Shown one piece after another: positions 57,955-64,000 of a DNA stretch of 64,000 bases. The position numbers and the translations under genes were made by a program. The stretch comes from Polyangiaceae bacterium. Its GTDB lineage: Bacteria; Myxococcota_A; Polyangia; Polyangiales; Polyangiaceae. Each line of letters begins with the position of its first letter. The stretch's first letter is position 1. The stretch is taken from contig JANRKO010000019.1 in NCBI GenBank assembly GCA_033763455.1, forward strand, positions 128,001 through 192,000, in the 5' to 3' direction. Under the pieces are notes generated by a model. It made no database searches, was not told the DNA's origin, and saw nothing but the letters and a program-made list of their open reading frames with translations.

Positions 57955-58699
57955 TCCCGAGCGCCCTTTTGCCACGCATTCCGTGCTCGTGGTGGGTGTC
58001 GGTGGCCTTGGGTGTCCTGCCGCGTTGGCGCTTGTGCGGGCTGGCGTGGGGCGCGTGGTTCTGGCGGATGACGACGAGGTCGACATTACGAATCTGCACC
58101 GGCAGATTTTGTTCGAAGAGTCAGACGTCGGGACCCCGAAGCTGGACGCGGCACACAGGGCTCTTCAGAGGCACCTGGAAGGCTTTCAGAGGGTCGAGCT
58201 CGTGCGCTCACGGCTCTTGCCAGAAAATGCGCTCGCGTTGCTCAGCGGGGTCGACGTGGTTGTCGAGGGCGCCGACAACTTCGCCACGAAATTTCTCGCG
58301 GCAGATGCCGCGCACTTGGCAAGCGTACCGGTGGTGCACGGCGCGGCAATTCGCTTCCAAGGCACCGTACTGGCCGTGCCTCCGGGGGGGCAGCCTTGCT
58401 ATCGCTGCTTGTTTGAAGACGTTCCAGGAGCGGAAGCCGGCCTTAATTGCGCGCAGGCGGGGGTGATGGGGCCTGTGGTGGGGGTGATAGGAGCCCTGAT
58501 GGCGGACAACGCTCTTCGGATATTGGCCCAGGATATGAGCGTTTTTGGCAAAATCGCTACCTTCGACGGAAAACGCGATCGTCTTCGATTTGTCCCGCTG
58601 ACGCCCAATCCCAAGTGCCCGCTGTGTGGGCCCACGCAAAGCATTGGCGATGTCCGCGAGTCGCGGTACATCGACGGCCTCTCTTTTGTAACTGCCTGA
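57947..58699 (+). CDS. ThiF/MoeB family adenylyltransferase (E1-like)
   Basis: GVGGLG, NLHRQ, CYRC...CAQAGV, CPLC. Confidence 0.92.
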   Translation: MTDPERPFATHSVLVVGVGGLGCPAALALVRAGVGRVVLADDDEVDITNLHRQILFEESDVGTPKLDAAHRALQRHLEGFQRVELVRSRLLPENALALLSGVDVVVEGADNFATKFLAADAAHLASVPVVHGAAIRFQGTVLAVPPGGQPCYRCLFEDVPGAEAGLNCAQAGVMGPVVGVIGALMADNALRILAQDMSVFGKIATFDGKRDRLRFVPLTPNPKCPLCGPTQSIGDVRESRYIDGLSFVTA

Positions 58700-58710
58700 A
58701 AGGAATAGTC

Positions 58711-58980
58711 ATGGATGTGATCGTTCGAATCCCAACCCCTCTTCGTACCCTCACCGGTGGTGAAGAACAGGTCAAAGTTGCCGGCGGTACAGTGCAGCAG
58801 GTTATCGATGCCATGGAAGCACTCCACCCAGGCATCAAAGATCGTTTGCTGGATGAAAAGGGCGTTCGCCGCTTCATCAATATCTACGTGGGCGAAGAAG
58901 ATATTCGGTTTCTGGATGGCCTAGCCACCCCCACAGCTGGCCAAGAGATCAGCATTGTTCCCGCCATCGCTGGCGGCTGA
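58711..58980 (+). CDS. MoaD/CysO-like ubiquitin-fold sulfur carrier
   Basis: VRIPTPLR...RRFINIYV...IVPAIAGG with C-terminal GG; AAGGA SD. Confidence 0.92.
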   Translation: MDVIVRIPTPLRTLTGGEEQVKVAGGTVQQVIDAMEALHPGIKDRLLDEKGVRRFINIYVGEEDIRFLDGLATPTAGQEISIVPAIAGG

Positions 58981-59000
58981 TCCCTTGCTGCTCCGGCACT

Positions 59001-59345
59001 TTGAATGCGCTCAACCCTCTGTTTTATCCTCGGTGGTTTGTGAGTTCCGACGCACGCTTTCGTCCGCAGGTGCGCCTGGCCGAAGTGGGCCACTTGGGTA
59101 TGCAGAAGATCCTGGCAGCTCGCTTTAGGGTGCGGGAGCAGCCGGGCGCCTGGGTGGAGCAGGCGTACCTGGAGCGAGCAGGAGGCGCCGTGGAATCAGT
59201 AAGAGGCCAAGGCACCACCACCCCGCCCCAGGAGCCTGAATTTGCGCACCGCACGGCGTTTCACTATGCGGCTGCCGAAGAGATTGCCGGCGGAAGCTGG
59301 CGCGCCCTCCGCCAGTTAAGACAAACCTTGGGGATCTTGCCATGA
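59001..59345 (+). CDS. Small degenerate ThiF-like protein
   Basis: RFRPQVRLAEVGHLGMQKILAAR and AYLERAG resemble the ThiF N-terminus; no GxGxxG; stop overlaps the next ATG. Confidence 0.55.
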   Translation: MNALNPLFYPRWFVSSDARFRPQVRLAEVGHLGMQKILAARFRVREQPGAWVEQAYLERAGGAVESVRGQGTTTPPQEPEFAHRTAFHYAAAEEIAGGSWRALRQLRQTLGILP

Positions 59346-60292
59346 GCTACGCTCTCCGCAGAAGCCGCCGGCTATCATCCATTGTTGAAGCCGTGGGCAA
59401 TACGCCACTCGTGCGGCTCGATCGCCTCACACGCCATATCCCGAGCGTAGAAGTTTATCTTAAGCTCGAATTCGCCAATCCCGGCGGCTCAGTGAAGGAT
59501 CGCCCAGCGCTACGCATCATGCTCGACGCGATCGAAAGTGGGCGCCTCACCGAAGATAAGATCCTCATCGACGCCACGAGCGGCAATACAGGCGTCGCGT
59601 ATTCGATTATCGGGGCAGCCCTTGGTTATAGGGTTAGCCTGGTGATGCCAAAAAATGTCACTAAAGCCCGCAAGGATATCACCCAAGCTTTCGGCACCGA
59701 GCTCATTTATTCGGATCCCATGGAGGGCTCCGATGGTGCCATTCGGCTAGTGCACAAGATCGTGGCGGAGAACCCTGACCGCTATTTCTACGCAGATCAG
59801 TACTCCAATCCCTCGAATCCGCGAGCTCATTACCTGGGCACGGCGCAAGAAATCCTGGATGCCTTGGGAGATCGGGTTACACACTTTGTGGCTGGGCTTG
59901 GCACCAGCGGCACGTGCATGGGCACCACACGGCGCCTGAAGGAGCACACTCGCCCCATCTACTGCGTGGCGGTGGAGCCAGCCGAAGCGCTGCACGGCCT
60001 CGAAGGCCTAAAACACATGGCATCGAGCATCGTACCCGCCATTTACGATCCCCATCTGCCAGACGAAATCTTGCCAGTGGGCACCGAAGATGGCTGGGAT
60101 ATGGCCGACCGTCTAGCCGCAGAAGAAGGGATCCACGTGGGGCACTCTACAGGGGCCAACGTATTTGGGGCCGTGAAGTTTGCCGAGAAGCTGCACCGAG
60201 AACAAGGCGGCGGCTGCGTGGTTACCATCGCTTGTGACCGGGGTGATCGCTACTTTGCGCCGATGAAATGGGAAAGGAAGTACCTATGGTGA
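59342..60292 (+). CDS. Cysteine synthase, CysM-like
   Basis: NPGGSVKDR, ATSGNTG, QYSN, GLGTSGT, GLEGLKHM, DRGDRY. Confidence 0.88.
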   Translation: MSYALRRSRRLSSIVEAVGNTPLVRLDRLTRHIPSVEVYLKLEFANPGGSVKDRPALRIMLDAIESGRLTEDKILIDATSGNTGVAYSIIGAALGYRVSLVMPKNVTKARKDITQAFGTELIYSDPMEGSDGAIRLVHKIVAENPDRYFYADQYSNPSNPRAHYLGTAQEILDALGDRVTHFVAGLGTSGTCMGTTRRLKEHTRPIYCVAVEPAEALHGLEGLKHMASSIVPAIYDPHLPDEILPVGTEDGWDMADRLAAEEGIHVGHSTGANVFGAVKFAEKLHREQGGGCVVTIACDRGDRYFAPMKWERKYLW

Positions 60293-60795
60293 GGCCTCGC
60301 TGGACCAAAGGTGGTCTTCGAATCACACGTGCAACGCTGAGCACCGTGGAAGCTACGGGCAAAGAGGCCTACCTGCGCAACGAGGAAGGTTGCGGCTACC
60401 TGGAGGGGCCAGCCGGCGATGAACTGCTGGCCGACGCCGCGGTTCCCCTGGAAAATCTTGCCAATAAGTACCACCAAGCCGATCCCGTGGCGCATCCACG
60501 AACCGGGCATGATTACTTCAAGATCAATGCGCTCAAGTTCGAGAAGGCCATAGCGCAGGGCAAACAAGCCGGCAGGCCCGTGAAGGTCTTCTTCCACTCT
60601 CACCTCGACTGCGGCGCCTATTTTAGCGAAGAAGACGCGGCAAGCATGACAATGGGCGGGCAGAACGCACCTGCGCATGATTTGGCCTACTTAGTTACCG
60701 CCGTGGACGCCGGCGAAGTTACTGCCCATCGCCTATTTATCTATAACTTCGAGACGCGAAAGTTCGACGAAGCGCCGTTCAGCGTTGTTGAGTAG
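60286..60795 (+). CDS. JAB/M67 metallopeptidase (Mec+-like)
   Basis: EEGCG...FHSHLDCGAYFSEED (E...HxH-x7-S-xx-D). Confidence 0.9.
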   Translation: MVRPRWTKGGLRITRATLSTVEATGKEAYLRNEEGCGYLEGPAGDELLADAAVPLENLANKYHQADPVAHPRTGHDYFKINALKFEKAIAQGKQAGRPVKVFFHSHLDCGAYFSEEDAASMTMGGQNAPAHDLAYLVTAVDAGEVTAHRLFIYNFETRKFDEAPFSVVE

Positions 60796-60838
60796 CCTTA
60801 TTGTGGGCTCATGGCTGACCTGCAGCTAAGCTAACGGG

Positions 60839-62131
60839 GTGCGCTTCCCCTATCGCTTCGGCTCACTCCTGCTCGCAATCCTTGCCACGTCACGGGCTTC
60901 CCTCGCGGACGTAGTTACGGACGTCGACACGTTGTCTCAAGCGTATTCCAGGTTGGGTAGCACGGTGGAGGTTCAGAAGCCCCGCCTGCTAGAACGAACC
61001 CAGCTCTTGCCGCTCCAGTTCCTTTCGGCGCTAACCGAGACGCCCGAGGAGAGACGCTCCAACAGTTGCGCACGTGTGGTGGTATTGGCCGCAAAAACCA
61101 CCAGCTTCCTACTGCGACAGCGCGCAGGTGATCCCAGCGAAGCCCCCACCCGGCCGCTCGCAAGCGTCGCCGGGGCAGCCGAGATCGAACTGTGTGGGGC
61201 CAAAACGGAGGCCTTGGGAGCACTCGTCCTTGAGATGCGGTCGCCCCGCGGCATCGTTCAGGCGCTGCGCATCCGCTCCCCAAAGGAAAGTCCGAGCCTA
61301 AGCCACTTTTTGACACATCGGGTGCAGGGCCCTGCTGCGGCTCCGCCAACGAGCCTCGCGCGGCCCAGGTTACCCGCATTTCAAGTACGAGAAAGTCGTT
61401 TGCGGGCGAATGCGCACTCCGAACCTAAAGCGGAGGTTCAATCCCTCACGATTGAGGCTTCGCATCCAGACGGGGGAACGGTGAACGTGTTGCCCGGCTG
61501 CCACCAAATAACAGCGCTGCAGCTGGACAGCGAACCCGAAGCGGGCGTTGTGGATCTCGATCTCGAGATCTTCGAACAGGGCGACACTCAGTTGATAACC
61601 CGTGATTTCTCGGAGGATCTGGACGCCACCGCCAACTTCTGCACACCGGAACCCCAGCGACTACGACTGCGACTGCAGGGCGCCCTGCCGACCACGAAGG
61701 TGCAATGGTTCGATATAAGAACCCCGTTTCCGAGCGGGATCCCAGAAGTTTTTGGTCCCATGGGTCGTGGCAACTTGGCCTCCGCACTTCGGAGCTCCCA
61801 TGCCAGCCTCCCAGAAGGTGAGCCCGTAGCGCGTGTTCTCGGCGTACAAGGACGCACCCTCCTTCCTCTGCTAATCGAGCCAGGTGCGTGTTATCTGGCG
61901 ATTGTGGGCGCGGCTGCGGGCAATCTGCGGGCTCTCGGCTTGAGCGCTCGCACGGGGGCGATCCAAAAAGATGCACAGGGTGATCAAGACTCCCCGACAG
62001 CCACACTAGCTTTCTGTAACCAACAGTCGCGCTCTGTCCAGTTCGAGGTGATGGCACGCGGGCAGAACCTCGTGTGGGCGGGGGCCGTTTGGCTAACGGC
62101 CCGGCTTCCGATCGGGCAGGTGGCAGAATGA
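60839..62131 (+). CDS. Secreted hypothetical protein with repeated Cys-containing beta modules
   Basis: Signal peptide; modules PGCH...DLDL...NFC and GACY...AFC. Confidence 0.7.
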   Translation: MRFPYRFGSLLLAILATSRASLADVVTDVDTLSQAYSRLGSTVEVQKPRLLERTQLLPLQFLSALTETPEERRSNSCARVVVLAAKTTSFLLRQRAGDPSEAPTRPLASVAGAAEIELCGAKTEALGALVLEMRSPRGIVQALRIRSPKESPSLSHFLTHRVQGPAAAPPTSLARPRLPAFQVRESRLRANAHSEPKAEVQSLTIEASHPDGGTVNVLPGCHQITALQLDSEPEAGVVDLDLEIFEQGDTQLITRDFSEDLDATANFCTPEPQRLRLRLQGALPTTKVQWFDIRTPFPSGIPEVFGPMGRGNLASALRSSHASLPEGEPVARVLGVQGRTLLPLLIEPGACYLAIVGAAAGNLRALGLSARTGAIQKDAQGDQDSPTATLAFCNQQSRSVQFEVMARGQNLVWAGAVWLTARLPIGQVAE

Positions 62132-63804
62132 GGGCCACTCCTTTCCTTTTTTTGGGGATTGCGTTCGCGTGCGCTCGACCTGCCCCTCAAGCGCCGGAAG
62201 TGGGCGCACCTCGTGCGCCGGTACGAGCTCCCTCTGAAAGTCCCGACAGTCGCCTCTGGTTGGGCCCGGAGCTCACTCGGGCACTTGGAGCTGGGGCGAA
62301 GCCTAGCGACGTTTTAGTGATTGAGCCCGGCGTTGCCGGAGACCGGATACAGGCAACGCACCAGGTGCCTGAGCATGAATGCGCTCTGTTCGTTGCACGC
62401 ACCTCCCCGAATGTGGGCGACGTCGATCTCTTCCTTTTCGGCGAAGACGGCACACTGCTCGGTAGTGATGAATCTCCAGAGAGATCACCAGCCCTCCTTA
62501 TTTGCCCACCGCACCCGCGACACGTGTACGCAGTAGCGCGTATCGCGGCTGGCGATGGCTTCGTTGCCATCATCGCGCAGGCCGTTGACCCGACTTTGAA
62601 CGCTCCGGTCAAAGAAGTACTCACACAGCAGCTCTTGGCTTCGCAAGAACAACTCGCCACCGGGAAGTGGGCCGCACTCGATGGACAAATAGAAGCCCAT
62701 CGTCGACGGATCGGCGGAAGCTGGCGGGAGCTGCGCCGCATGGCCTTGCCCCTGGAACCGGGTACGCCCACGAAAGTGACTGCCGAAGTCCCGCGCGATG
62801 GTTGTTTGGATGTATTGGCCGTTCCCTCCGAAGATGTGGCCTATCTGGAGCTCACCATCCAAGATGCCGACGGGCGTTACGTGGCGCGCGGCGAAACGCG
62901 TGACTCTGACCGCAGTGCCGTTCTTTGCTCCAGAGAACAAGCCAGCGTCACAATAGCCGTACAACCTCACGTGGGGCGTGGCCTGGGGGCGCTCATCATC
63001 GCCGATTCGGGGCCGGGCACCGTAACAGCCCTGGCGCCTGGAGTGGTCCCCACGCAGCTCTTTCCCCGCGGGATGTTGAGCCAAACACAAGTTGCTCTGG
63101 AACAGTCGCTGAACGCGCTCGATTACCCGAAGCCGGTGTGGCAGCAAGGCGGTGCGCTACGTGTCGGCGAAAGAAAAAGCTTCCCCATCACGCTCGGAAC
63201 GGGGTGCTACCGGATCGATCTATTGAGTCAAGCTCCGGTGCAACAGCTGGCCGCGTGGGTTTGGGACTCTCAAGGGGGACTAATCATTGAGGACACCCGA
63301 ATAGGCCAACTCAATCTATTTGCCTGCACGAAAACGCCAAACGCACGGTTGGACGTAGAGAGCCTGACGCGAGCGGGGAGCTTTGTTGCCCAGGTCCGGC
63401 CGGTGAAAGTGCCTGCGCTTCTGCTCCAACATCCACTCGCGGGTTCTCGCCTCCTTGGGGATCTTGTGGAGCGAGGGCGACTTCAGGCACCAGCCGCGTT
63501 GCCCAAGCCGGAGGTCGTGCCGGTGAGTGCCACTCGACTAGCCCAACTCGAAATCACGATCCCTGCCGGCAATTGCGCTGACGTCAGTGCGGCTCTCGGG
63601 CCTGGAGCACTCGGCCTGGATCTTCGACTTTTAGATTCAGCGACCGGTGCCCAGCTTCAACTCGTGCGAGTGCCCTGGGTCGGAGGCGGTATTGCTTGCG
63701 CTCCAAAAGGCTCGATTCCACTCGCGGTGAAAGTAGAAATGCGTGTAACGGCTGGGGCTAGCGAAGCTCTCCTCGTCTCCACGTTCTTTTCTCCCCACCT
63801 CTGA
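62128..63804 (+). CDS. Hypothetical lipoprotein with four PPC-like modules
   Basis: Lipobox AFAC; ATGA overlap; repeats ECA..DVDL..IC, GCL..LEL..LC, GCY..FAC, GNC..LDL..IAC. Confidence 0.72.
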   Translation: MRATPFLFLGIAFACARPAPQAPEVGAPRAPVRAPSESPDSRLWLGPELTRALGAGAKPSDVLVIEPGVAGDRIQATHQVPEHECALFVARTSPNVGDVDLFLFGEDGTLLGSDESPERSPALLICPPHPRHVYAVARIAAGDGFVAIIAQAVDPTLNAPVKEVLTQQLLASQEQLATGKWAALDGQIEAHRRRIGGSWRELRRMALPLEPGTPTKVTAEVPRDGCLDVLAVPSEDVAYLELTIQDADGRYVARGETRDSDRSAVLCSREQASVTIAVQPHVGRGLGALIIADSGPGTVTALAPGVVPTQLFPRGMLSQTQVALEQSLNALDYPKPVWQQGGALRVGERKSFPITLGTGCYRIDLLSQAPVQQLAAWVWDSQGGLIIEDTRIGQLNLFACTKTPNARLDVESLTRAGSFVAQVRPVKVPALLLQHPLAGSRLLGDLVERGRLQAPAALPKPEVVPVSATRLAQLEITIPAGNCADVSAALGPGALGLDLRLLDSATGAQLQLVRVPWVGGGIACAPKGSIPLAVKVEMRVTAGASEALLVSTFFSPHL

Positions 63805-64000
63805 GATTTCTACCCGCGTAGAACACCCACGCAGCAGCCTTCTCGAAGATCTCACCCCCACAAAACACCTCAGCAGGTGCCTCTGCAGCAGCCCGTTGTG
63901 GGCGACCGAGCGACACCTGCTGAGGATCCCAACGGCAATAATTACATTGCTGCGGGAGCTGCAGGCGCTGCAGCGCGACGACCGCGCTTCTTCGCCTTCT

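Overview
GC-rich bacterial chromosomal window. Cys-rich lipoproteins, Uma2 with a heptad tail and PPC-like secreted proteins suggest Myxococcota/Polyangiaceae (inference). Housekeeping genes include accD-folC-yajQ-glmM-nagZ, tkt, ruvX-mltG, argC, miaB, a FadD-like ligase and a complete kdp operon with two small upstream peptides. Accessory content includes an S8 protease followed by a triple propeptide-like lipoprotein, a double circularly permuted ATP-grasp/alpha-E/transglutaminase operon, an EGKCG-repeat precursor-like lipoprotein, and an Rrf2-cysK-ThiF-ubiquitin-like-cysM-JAB sulfur-relay cluster. The most striking locus is the ~1 kb apparently intergenic region at 42175-43220 on the minus strand. 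It reads as: sigma70 promoter, 42-aa leader peptide ending RGSP-UAG with terminator/antiterminator, tRNA-like gene with a CUA (amber) anticodon, two circularly permuted tRNA-like modules, a ~400-nt highly structured RNA, and an SPFH/slipin gene. This looks like a translation-stress-inducible tRNA-mimic/ncRNA operon. All calls come from reading the sequence; no searches were run.
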